Of a stretch of 64,000 bases of DNA, positions 50,463 through 58,044 are shown piece by piece. Positions within the stretch are counted from its first letter, which is position 1. Each line of letters starts with the position of its first letter. The notes beneath the pieces are model-generated. The model was not told the origin of the DNA. It saw only the letters and a list, made by a program, of their open reading frames with translations, and did no database searches. Position numbers and translations under genes: made by a program. The stretch comes from an uncultured Gemmatimonadaceae bacterium (lineage in GTDB: Bacteria; Gemmatimonadota; Gemmatimonadetes; Gemmatimonadales; Gemmatimonadaceae), in NCBI GenBank assembly GCA_963761305.1, contig CAVXGK010000002.1, positions 1,856,001 through 1,920,000 of the forward strand, in the 5' to 3' direction.

Positions 50463-52955
50463 GTGGACATGACCTTCGAGAGCTTCGGGCAGGACCTCAA
50501 ATACGCACTGCGGGGTTTGCGCCTCAAACCCGCCTTCGCCGTCGCGGTCATCGGCACGATCGGACTCGGCATTGGCGCGAACGCGTCGATGTTCGGAATC
50601 GTCGATCGCCTGCTCTTCCGCCCGCCGAACCTCATGCGCGACCCCGTCACCGCCCATCGCGTCTACGGGTATCAGACGTTTCGCGGCAAGGAGGACATTA
50701 GGTATGGCGGCCAGTACGCGCGCTACAAAGACTTCGAGCGCTGGACCACCTCCTTCTCGAGTGTCGCCGGCTACTCATCACGCCAGATCGCCGTCGGCGT
50801 CGGCGACGCGGCGAGAGAGATGCAAGTCGGCGTCGTCAGCGCCAACTTCTTCGGCTTCTTCGACGCTCCGCCCGAGCTCGGCCGGTATTTCACCGCCGCC
50901 GAAGACTCGACGCCCAACGGCACGACGGTGGCCGTGTTGAGCGACGTGGCATGGCAGACCCAGTACGGCAGCCGGCGCGACATTCTCGGCACAAAGGTCC
51001 AGATCGGCCCCGCCGCGTACACGATCATCGGCGTCTCGCCTCCAGGCTTCGTCGGGCTTTGGGCTGACCAGCCCCCCGCGTTCTTCATTCCGATTACCAA
51101 CTACGGTGCGCTCTCCGCCCAGAACACGCTCCGATCCAAGACTTGGTATAAGACATACAGTTGGGGCTGGATGTCGATCATCGTGCGACGCAAACCCGGC
51201 GTTTCGATCGCGCGGGCGAACGCGGATCTCACCCAAGCCCTGGTCAAGAGCTACCTGGCGCAGATCGAGGAACAGCCGCGGGTCCAGCCGATCGCGCTGG
51301 CGCGGCCCCGCGCCATCGTCGGATCGATCATCGCCGAGCGTGGACCGAGCGAGTCGCCCGTGGCGAAAGTCGCGACGTGGATCGGGGGCGTGTCGCTGAT
51401 CGTGCTGCTGATCGCCTGCGCGAACGTGGCGAACCTGCTCCTCGCGCGCGCCATCCGCCGGCGTCGAGAGATCGCGCTGCGCCTCGCGATGGGCGTCGGC
51501 CGCGCGCGGCTCGTGTCGCAGCTCCTCACCGAAACGCTCGTGCTCGCGCTCCTCGGCGGCGTCACCGGGCTGCTCGTCGCCCATTGGGGCGGCTCCGTGC
51601 TGCGGTCGGTCGTGCTGGACCAGAGTTCGGCACCCGCCGGCCTTCGCGATCCGCGGACCGTGATCTTCGCGATCGGCGCCGCGATCTTCGTGGGTCTTCT
51701 CACCGGACTCGCACCCATTCTCCAGGCCGGGCGGGCGGATCTCACGGCGGACCTCAAGTCGGGGTCGCGCGAGGGGACGTTCCATCGATCGCGCGCCCGC
51801 GTCGTTTTGCTCGTGCTGCAAGGCGCACTCTCGGTGGTACTGCTCGTCGGCGCCGGGCTCTTCGTTCGCAGTCTCGAGAACGTGAACGCGGTGCGGCTCG
51901 GCTACGACGTCGACCCGGTGCTGCTGGTCGATCTCAACATGCGCGGCGAGAATCTGGACAGCGTCGCCGCGATCGGCCTGCGCCAGCGTCTTCTCCAGGC
52001 GGTGACGACGATTCCGGGCGTCACGCACGCGAGCGCGCAGGTTTCAGTCCCGTTCTGGAGCACGTGGAGCCTCAACTTGTACGTCGCGGGCATCGACACG
52101 GTCGGCAAGCTCGGACAGTTCAACCTGAACGCCGTCTCGCCGGATTTCTTCCCGACGTTCGGGACGCGCCTCCTGCGTGGACGCGGCATCGGCCCGCAGG
52201 ACGTCGAGAACGCGCCGCGGGTGATGGTCGTGAGCGAGGCCATGGGCCAGACGTTGTGGCCGGGCAAGGATCCGATCGGGCAATGCGTCCGCATCAGCGC
52301 CGACACGATGCCCTGCACCTACGTCGTCGGCGTCGCCGAGAACATCAAACAACAAAGCCTCGGCGTAGATTCGGCATTATATAATTATTATATGCCCGCC
52401 ACCCAGTTCAATCCGAATCAGGGCGGCTTGTTCGTGCGGGTGAAGGGGAACGCGGCCCGAGCGGCCGACGGCATTCGCCGCCAGCTGCAGCGGGAGATGC
52501 CCGGCGCCTCCTACATCACGACCACGCCGATGGAGAAGATCCTCGGGAGCCGAACGCGGTCGTGGCACCTGGGAGCGACGCTCTTCGTGGTGTTCGGCGT
52601 GCTCGCCCTCGCCATCGCGGCCATCGGCTTGTACAGCGTGATCGCCTACAACGTCGCGCAGCGGACCCACGAGCTCGGCGTCCGCGGAGCGCTCGGCGCG
52701 CAGGCGTCCGATCTGATTCGCCTCGTCGTCACCGACGGCCTCCGCGTCGCCATCCTCGGCGTGGCCATCGGCGCCGCGGTCGCGCTCTACGCGGCGCGAT
52801 GGGTCAAGCCGCTGCTGTTCGAAGAGTCACCCACCGATCCCCTGGTCTTCGGCGCGGTCGTCGCCGTGCTGGTGGCGACGGCGGTCGCCGCAAGCTGGCT
52901 GCCCGCCTTGCGCGCCTCGAAGGTGGATCCGAACGTAGCCCTCAGGTCGGAGTGA
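50463..52955 (+). CDS. ADOP-type duplicated ABC permease (no adjacent padR)
   Basis: DLKYALRGLRLKPAF, LGIGANAS, ACANVANLLL, DPNVALRSE. Confidence 0.94.
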   Translation: MDMTFESFGQDLKYALRGLRLKPAFAVAVIGTIGLGIGANASMFGIVDRLLFRPPNLMRDPVTAHRVYGYQTFRGKEDIRYGGQYARYKDFERWTTSFSSVAGYSSRQIAVGVGDAAREMQVGVVSANFFGFFDAPPELGRYFTAAEDSTPNGTTVAVLSDVAWQTQYGSRRDILGTKVQIGPAAYTIIGVSPPGFVGLWADQPPAFFIPITNYGALSAQNTLRSKTWYKTYSWGWMSIIVRRKPGVSIARANADLTQALVKSYLAQIEEQPRVQPIALARPRAIVGSIIAERGPSESPVAKVATWIGGVSLIVLLIACANVANLLLARAIRRRREIALRLAMGVGRARLVSQLLTETLVLALLGGVTGLLVAHWGGSVLRSVVLDQSSAPAGLRDPRTVIFAIGAAIFVGLLTGLAPILQAGRADLTADLKSGSREGTFHRSRARVVLLVLQGALSVVLLVGAGLFVRSLENVNAVRLGYDVDPVLLVDLNMRGENLDSVAAIGLRQRLLQAVTTIPGVTHASAQVSVPFWSTWSLNLYVAGIDTVGKLGQFNLNAVSPDFFPTFGTRLLRGRGIGPQDVENAPRVMVVSEAMGQTLWPGKDPIGQCVRISADTMPCTYVVGVAENIKQQSLGVDSALYNYYMPATQFNPNQGGLFVRVKGNAARAADGIRRQLQREMPGASYITTTPMEKILGSRTRSWHLGATLFVVFGVLALAIAAIGLYSVIAYNVAQRTHELGVRGALGAQASDLIRLVVTDGLRVAILGVAIGAAVALYAARWVKPLLFEESPTDPLVFGAVVAVLVATAVAASWLPALRASKVDPNVALRSE

Positions 52956-52961
52956 CCCCCG

Positions 52962-53027
52962 GATGATGATGCTGACGCTGTTGCTGTTGCCGATGCCGTC
53001 ACTGACGCTGACGCTGTTGCTGACGCC
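52962..53027. repeat. Degenerate 6-bp microsatellite (GCTGAC/GCTGTT)
   Basis: GCTGAC-GCTGTT-GCTGTT-GCCGAT-GCCGTC-ACTGAC-GCTGAC-GCTGTT-GCTGAC. Confidence 0.75.
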
Positions 53028-53168
53028 CAGAGTCTCAGACTCTGCAACGATCGCTATCAGTCGACAGCGTTGGGTCCGACTAGTGAGCGGCTCACGGAGC
53101 TGAGCGTCGAACGGCGCACCGGCAGTCGTCGGTCTTCTGGCAGCTGACGACCGCCGCCGTTCCTCATC

Positions 53169-53534
53169 TCACGCCGACGTCGCCCCGAACTGCGCCGCCC
53201 CGTCCTTGCTCAGCAGCACCCATAGCGTGTACACGCCGAGGATCGTTCCCAACGGGAACCGGATCAGCGCGATCACGCCGAGCACGATGGTGAGGATTCT
53301 CGCCCACGGCGCTCGCGCCAGGAGCCCCCAACCGGCGACCACGTGCAGCACCGACGCGCCCCCCAACAACAGCGAGACAAAGGTGCCCGTGATCCCGACG
53401 ATGGCGCTGTTCGCGAAACTGCCCGCAAACGCCGCCCCGAACATCGTTCCGCCGAAAACCGTCAGCGCGACGAGCGTGCCGAAAATTCCGTAGACGATGT
53501 TCAGCCAAGCAAGGATCTTGATGTGCGTTGCCAT
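53169..53534 (-). CDS. Small membrane protein
   Basis: MATHIKILAWLNIVYG...AGWGLL...WARIL...FPLGTILGVYTLWVL; 3-4 TM segments. Confidence 0.82.
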   Translation of the reverse strand: MATHIKILAWLNIVYGIFGTLVALTVFGGTMFGAAFAGSFANSAIVGITGTFVSLLLGGASVLHVVAGWGLLARAPWARILTIVLGVIALIRFPLGTILGVYTLWVLLSKDGAAQFGATSA

Positions 53535-53599
53535 GCGCCGCTCCGGTGGGAGAGAGAAACCGCACCCTTCGTCGCGGTCCAAACTACCGCCTCCCGGCG

Positions 53600-54316
53600 C
53601 TACATCCAGAACCCCCACTGCTGCGTAACGATCACAAACGCCGAAAGCGCGAGGTTGGTCGTGGCGTGGCAGAGCATCACGTCGCCAAGGGACCGCGTGC
53701 GGCGCATCCACAGGTTGTAGATGATCCCCGTGAGCAGCCCGACTTCCCAGAACGGCCCGTGCTCCGCGGCGAACAACCCCGCCGTTCCCCAGAATGCGAG
53801 CGGCGTGTACTGACCGAGCGGAATCCGCTCGAACTGCGGATCCTGGAGCCACCGCGGCAGCCACCCGCGCCAAAAAAGCTCCTCGAGTACCGGCACGAGG
53901 AGCGACGCGCGCGCGGTGCGCAACACCATCATCAGCGGCGTCAACTCGCGTGGATCGATCGACAGCGTCACTCGGCCCGTGATCCCGTTCTGAAACACGG
54001 CGTGTGAGCGCCAGCCGGGAATCAACAGGTCGGGCGCGACCCACAGCGCGCACACGCCCACACCGATCGCGACGCTCGCCGGCCAGTGCGGCGCCGACGT
54101 CGGAATGAGCCGCCGCGAGAACACCAGGATCGACGCCAGAATCACCAGATCGCGGACGATCTCCTTCGACGGATTCGCCAGCGGAATGTGCTTGTCGAGC
54201 ACCAGCCACGCTGCGAAAACGACGAACGGACCGACCCACGCCAGCGTCCCCCCCCCCGCGCCAGCGGGCGTCGCCGATCGAGGCGAGGCAGGAACCGCGG
54301 CGTCCGTGTGCGTCAT
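53600..54316 (-). CDS. CPBP/CAAX intramembrane protease resembling the PEP-CTERM-associated CAAX-related family
   Basis: WVGPF..F, VPVLEELFWRGWLPRWL, LFAAEH, CHATTNL, and C-terminal QQWGFW. Confidence 0.88.
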   Translation of the reverse strand: MTHTDAAVPASPRSATPAGAGGGTLAWVGPFVVFAAWLVLDKHIPLANPSKEIVRDLVILASILVFSRRLIPTSAPHWPASVAIGVGVCALWVAPDLLIPGWRSHAVFQNGITGRVTLSIDPRELTPLMMVLRTARASLLVPVLEELFWRGWLPRWLQDPQFERIPLGQYTPLAFWGTAGLFAAEHGPFWEVGLLTGIIYNLWMRRTRSLGDVMLCHATTNLALSAFVIVTQQWGFWM

Positions 54317-54368
54317 GGGCGCTGAGTATAGCACCGCTCGCGATCGTGCTGCACTATCATCCCTGCCG

Positions 54369-56276
54369 ATGCGCATTCGCTTTTTCCGGACGGCCATTCC
54401 GATCTTCGCGATCCTCGTCGGCGCGTGCCGTCGAGACCGAGCGTCGCCTCGCCACCCCCTCGACCCGCTCACGACGGGAGAGATCGGCCGCGTGCGCGCG
54501 GTGCTCGATCAGCGTGGATTGATCGGCGGTGCACGGCGCGTGAGCATCGTCGATCTCCTCGAGCCGCCCAAGGCCGACGTGTTGCGCGGAGCCGCCGCGC
54601 CGCGCAAGGCGTTCGTGGTCCTCTACGACGCGGCGCGGAACACGACGACCGAAGCGATCGTCAACGTCGACGACCGGACGCTCGAGACCACGCGCGACAT
54701 TCCGGGCGTCGAGCCTCGGATCGACGAGGTCGACGCCGACGCGGCGGAGTCGGTGACGCGTGCGAACGAGGCGTGGAAACGAGCGCTCGCCCGCCGCGGA
54801 CTCTCACCCCGCGACGTCACGGTGGACGCGTGGGCCGCGGGCAACTTCGGCGCCGAGGATCCGTCGCGCGGTCGCCTCGTCCGCGCGCTGACGTCGGTAC
54901 GAGCGGCATCGGCGAACGAGATGTCGCGTCCTGTCGAAGGGCTCGTCGTGCTCGTGGACGTCGCGGCGCGCCGGGTGCTCGACGTGCAGGACACGGGCGA
55001 CGCGCCGGTGCCGAGCGTCGCGAGCGAGCGCGACGCCTGGCAACCGCTCCCCCGCCCCACGACGCCGAGTCCACCCCCCGCGCCCGAAGACGACGGCGCC
55101 GTGCGCGGCGCCGACATCGGCGTCGAGGGGAACGCGGTGAGCTGGCGCCGCTGGCGATTCCACGCCGCCGTGCGGCCGCGTGAAGGGCTCGTGCTCTACG
55201 GCGTCGGCTTCGACGACGGCAGCGCGGTGCGCAGCGTGATCTATCGCGCGTCGTTGTCCGAGATGGTCGTGCCCTACGGCGATCCTTCGCCGGCCTGGTA
55301 TTTCAGAAACGCGTTCGACGTCGGAGAGCTCGGTGTCGGCGACGCCGTGTCGTCGCTGGTGCCGGGCGTCGATTGCCCGAGAGGCAGCCGCTTCCTCGAC
55401 GCGGCGTTCGCCGACCCGTCGGGGTCGCCGCGCCGCGTGGCGCGCGCGATCGCGCTCTACGAGCGTGACGGCGGCATCGCGTGGAAGCACGGGAACGCCG
55501 GCGCGCGCGCCTCGGAGCTCGTGGTGCTGTCGGTGAGCCGGCTGGGCAACTACGACTACGGATTCGAGTGGACGTTCCACGAGGACGGGACGATCTCGCA
55601 TCGCGCGCTGCTCACCGGCGTCATGGCGCCGAAGGCGGGGGCCGGCGACTCGCTCGCCGAAGCGGTGGCGACGGGCATCGCCGCGGTGAACCATCAGCAC
55701 TTCTTCAACTACCGGATCGATCTCGACGTGGACGGCGCGTCGCCGAATCGGGTCGAGGAGATCGAGACGCGGCCGCTCGACGCGGCGGCGAACGTCCACG
55801 GCGGCGCCTTCGCCCTTCATTCGAACGCACTGTCGACCGAGCGCGATGCCATCGGCTCTGGCGTCGGAGCAGGGGGCTGGCTCGTCACGAATTCCGTCCG
55901 CCGGAATAGCCTCGGCCGGCCGACGGGTTACGAGCTCGTTCCGGGCCAGGTCGTCGGGTCGCTCGCCGATTCAGCGAGCGCGATCCGCCATCGCGCCGGT
56001 TTCCTGGGCGCACCGCTCTGGGTGACACCCTACGCCGACTCCGAGCGTTGGTCGGCGGGCGACTATCCGAACCAGTCGCGCGGCGGCGACGGGCTTCCCG
56101 GCTGGACTCGGGCCAACCGTTCGGTTCGCGACGTCGACGTCGTGCTCTGGTATACGGTGGGCGTCACCCACAACCCCCGTCCGGAGGATTGGCCGGTGAT
56201 GCCGGTGCAGAGCGCGGGGTTCAGCCTCGTCCCGGTCGGGTTTTTCGATCGAAATCCAACGCTGGGTCCGCCGTAG
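54369..56276 (+). CDS. tynA: Copper-containing (TPQ) primary amine oxidase, predicted lipoprotein
   Basis: HPLDPLT, SEMVVPYGDP, AFDVGE, GNYDY (TPQ), HQHFF, THNPRPEDWPVMP; lipobox VGAC. Confidence 0.93.
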   Translation: MRIRFFRTAIPIFAILVGACRRDRASPRHPLDPLTTGEIGRVRAVLDQRGLIGGARRVSIVDLLEPPKADVLRGAAAPRKAFVVLYDAARNTTTEAIVNVDDRTLETTRDIPGVEPRIDEVDADAAESVTRANEAWKRALARRGLSPRDVTVDAWAAGNFGAEDPSRGRLVRALTSVRAASANEMSRPVEGLVVLVDVAARRVLDVQDTGDAPVPSVASERDAWQPLPRPTTPSPPPAPEDDGAVRGADIGVEGNAVSWRRWRFHAAVRPREGLVLYGVGFDDGSAVRSVIYRASLSEMVVPYGDPSPAWYFRNAFDVGELGVGDAVSSLVPGVDCPRGSRFLDAAFADPSGSPRRVARAIALYERDGGIAWKHGNAGARASELVVLSVSRLGNYDYGFEWTFHEDGTISHRALLTGVMAPKAGAGDSLAEAVATGIAAVNHQHFFNYRIDLDVDGASPNRVEEIETRPLDAAANVHGGAFALHSNALSTERDAIGSGVGAGGWLVTNSVRRNSLGRPTGYELVPGQVVGSLADSASAIRHRAGFLGAPLWVTPYADSERWSAGDYPNQSRGGDGLPGWTRANRSVRDVDVVLWYTVGVTHNPRPEDWPVMPVQSAGFSLVPVGFFDRNPTLGPP

Positions 56277-56321
56277 CGAGGTAGCAACGATTCGTTACAG
56301 TCCCGGGTCGACAGCGGCTGC

Positions 56322-56350
56322 TTGACGCCCGAACCTGACCCACGCATCCT
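56322..56350 (+). promoter_or_regulatory. Putative sigma70 promoter for the micro-peptide pair
   Basis: TTGACG-N17-CATCCT; hairpin AGCGG..CCGCT in the predicted leader. Confidence 0.45.
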
Positions 56351-56435
56351 CACATCGCAGCGACAACAAGCGGCCCCCACGGTGGGCCCGCTACGCGCGA
56401 AGCCGAGTTAAAGAAATTATCATTGGAGGGCGTGT

Positions 56436-56603
56436 ATGAAGAACGTCGCACAGGCGCTGGTACTGCTCGTCATCGCGGCGGTGCCCGCGTATGCCGGCGG
56501 CATCCCAATTACCACGACCCCAGAGCCCGCCACCATCGTGCTGGTCGCCACCGGAGCCGGCGTTATCGGCGTGGCCACCTGGCTTCGCCGCCGCAAGAAG
56601 TAA
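56436..56603 (+). CDS. Minimal PEP-CTERM protein 1 (55 aa)
   Basis: Absent from the ORF track. GGAGG RBS; MKNVAQALVLLVIAAVPAYA-GGIPITTT-PEPATIVLVATGAGVIGVATWLRRRKK*. Confidence 0.9.
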   Translation: MKNVAQALVLLVIAAVPAYAGGIPITTTPEPATIVLVATGAGVIGVATWLRRRKK

Positions 56604-56640
56604 GGTCGTACTGTCGATCCATTCTCATTGGAGGGCCTGT

Positions 56641-56805
56641 ATGAAGAACGTCGCACAAGCGCTGGTCCTGCTCGTCATCGCCGCGGTGCCGGCATACGCG
56701 GGTATCAAGGTCACCACGACCCCGGAGCCTGCGACCATCGCGCTGGTCGCCACCGGAGCCGGCGTGATCGGCGTGGCCACCTGGTTTCGGCGCCGCAAGA
56801 AGTAA
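56641..56805 (+). CDS. Minimal PEP-CTERM protein 2 (54 aa)
   Basis: GGAGG RBS; MKNVAQALVLLVIAAVPAYA-GIKVTTT-PEPATIALVATGAGVIGVATWFRRRKK*; tandem paralog 205 bp downstream of protein 1. Confidence 0.9.
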   Translation: MKNVAQALVLLVIAAVPAYAGIKVTTTPEPATIALVATGAGVIGVATWFRRRKK

Positions 56806-56827
56806 ATCGGACCGGAGTCGCTGAACC

Positions 56828-56868
56828 GAGACGGCCCGCCGACAATCGATCGCAGCGGGCCGTTTCTC
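56828..56868. terminator. Hairpin between convergent genes, probable terminator
   Basis: GAGACGGCCCGC...GCGGGCCGTTTCTC. Confidence 0.6.
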
Positions 56869-56902
56869 ATTCTGGTGGCGACCCGCGGCGCCTTCGCCAA
56901 CC

Positions 56903-57457
56903 TCAGAGTCCCGGCAGCCGCAGCGCCTCGGTGTTCGCCTCGAGGTCGAGCAGCTTTTTCTTTCGCCACAGACCGCCGCCGTATCCGGTCAACGAGCCAT
57001 CGGAGCCGATCACGCGGTGGCACGGAATCAGGATCGAGATGGGATTGTCGCCGTTGGCGCCGGCGACGGCGCGCACCGCGGTGGGTTGGCCCAGCGACGC
57101 CGCGAGCCGACCGTAGCTCGTCGTCGACCCTGATGGAATCCGCCGGAGCGCCGACCACACGCGCATCTGAAACGGCGTGCCGCGCGCGTCGAGCGGGATC
57201 GTGAACTCCTTCCGCTCGCCGCGAAAATACTCGGCCAGCTCGCGCCGGAGATCGCGCACGACGCGCGACTCGCCGCGCTCGAGCACGAAACCCGTCGCGC
57301 GCGACAGACGCGCCAACTGTGCGTCGAGCGTTCGCCGATGCGTGAACTCCAACAGAACGAGGTGCGTCTCCGTCGCGCCGGCGACCATCTCGCCGATCGG
57401 CGTGTCCACGTCGGCGAGCCCCGCGATCTGAGGCGACGAAGTCTTCACCGCACTCAT
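56903..57457 (-). CDS. ogt: Methylated-DNA--protein-cysteine methyltransferase
   Basis: GTPFQMRVW..L..IP.G.T.SY, RAVA.ANG.NP, IPCHRV, GYGGG. Confidence 0.95.
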   Translation of the reverse strand: MSAVKTSSPQIAGLADVDTPIGEMVAGATETHLVLLEFTHRRTLDAQLARLSRATGFVLERGESRVVRDLRRELAEYFRGERKEFTIPLDARGTPFQMRVWSALRRIPSGSTTSYGRLAASLGQPTAVRAVAGANGDNPISILIPCHRVIGSDGSLTGYGGGLWRKKKLLDLEANTEALRLPGL

Positions 57458-58017
57458 ACAGGCTCCATGGCGTGATGCGGCGGCGCGGGGAGCTCGACGA
57501 CGATCGGATCCCCCGACCGAACCGTGCCCCCCGAGACCACGACACTCATTACGCCGGCGCGCCGGACGATCTCGCCGGCGCCATTGCGCGTCGCGACCTG
57601 CGCGAGCAATCCGGACTGGAAGCGGTCGATCTGTACGCACGGCGTGCGGAGGCCTGTCAGCTCGATGACCGCCTTGTCCCCGATGTGCAGCCGAGCTCCG
57701 GTCGGCAGAGCGAGGAGCGGGATGCCACGCGTCGTGAGGTTCTCGCCAAGCTCGCCCGGCGCGACGAGAAATCCCGATTTCGCCAACTCGTCGAGCAGCT
57801 CCGCGTGAATGAGGTGGACCTGACGGAGGTTGGGGGTCGTGGGGTCGCGCACGACCCGCGATCGATGTTTGACCGTCGACCCACCGTGCGCGTCGCCTTC
57901 CACGCCGAAGCCCGCGATGAGGCGGACGTCGTCGTGGTTCGGTTTGGCGAACGAATGCGTCGCGCTACGGCTGACGGCGATGACGGTGCCGCGAAGCGAA
58001 ATGGCGGTGGTCGTCAT
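57454..58017 (-). CDS. MOSC domain protein
   Basis: GVEGDAHGG, NLRQVHLIH, GENLTT, LRTPCVQID. Confidence 0.9.
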   Translation of the reverse strand: MTTTAISLRGTVIAVSRSATHSFAKPNHDDVRLIAGFGVEGDAHGGSTVKHRSRVVRDPTTPNLRQVHLIHAELLDELAKSGFLVAPGELGENLTTRGIPLLALPTGARLHIGDKAVIELTGLRTPCVQIDRFQSGLLAQVATRNGAGEIVRRAGVMSVVVSGGTVRSGDPIVVELPAPPHHAMEPV

Positions 58018-58044
58018 TTCCTGCGTGGGTTCTCACAACGAAAG

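Noticed and set aside
52787..53047. Ala/Ser/Thr-repeat protein
   Set aside because: It is the translation of a 6-bp microsatellite and overlaps the permease antisense.
56351..56435. Riboswitch in the micro-peptide leader
   Set aside because: Only one hairpin is visible and I recognise no aptamer consensus; an Rfam search would be needed.
56491..56640. 104-aa ORF 56491-56805 as listed in the track
   Set aside because: The extension overlaps peptide 1 out of frame; the RBS-supported start is 56641.
56420..56805. Assembly duplication artefact or non-coding repeat
   Set aside because: The copies differ by many synonymous substitutions and an in-frame indel, and both keep RBS, start and stop.
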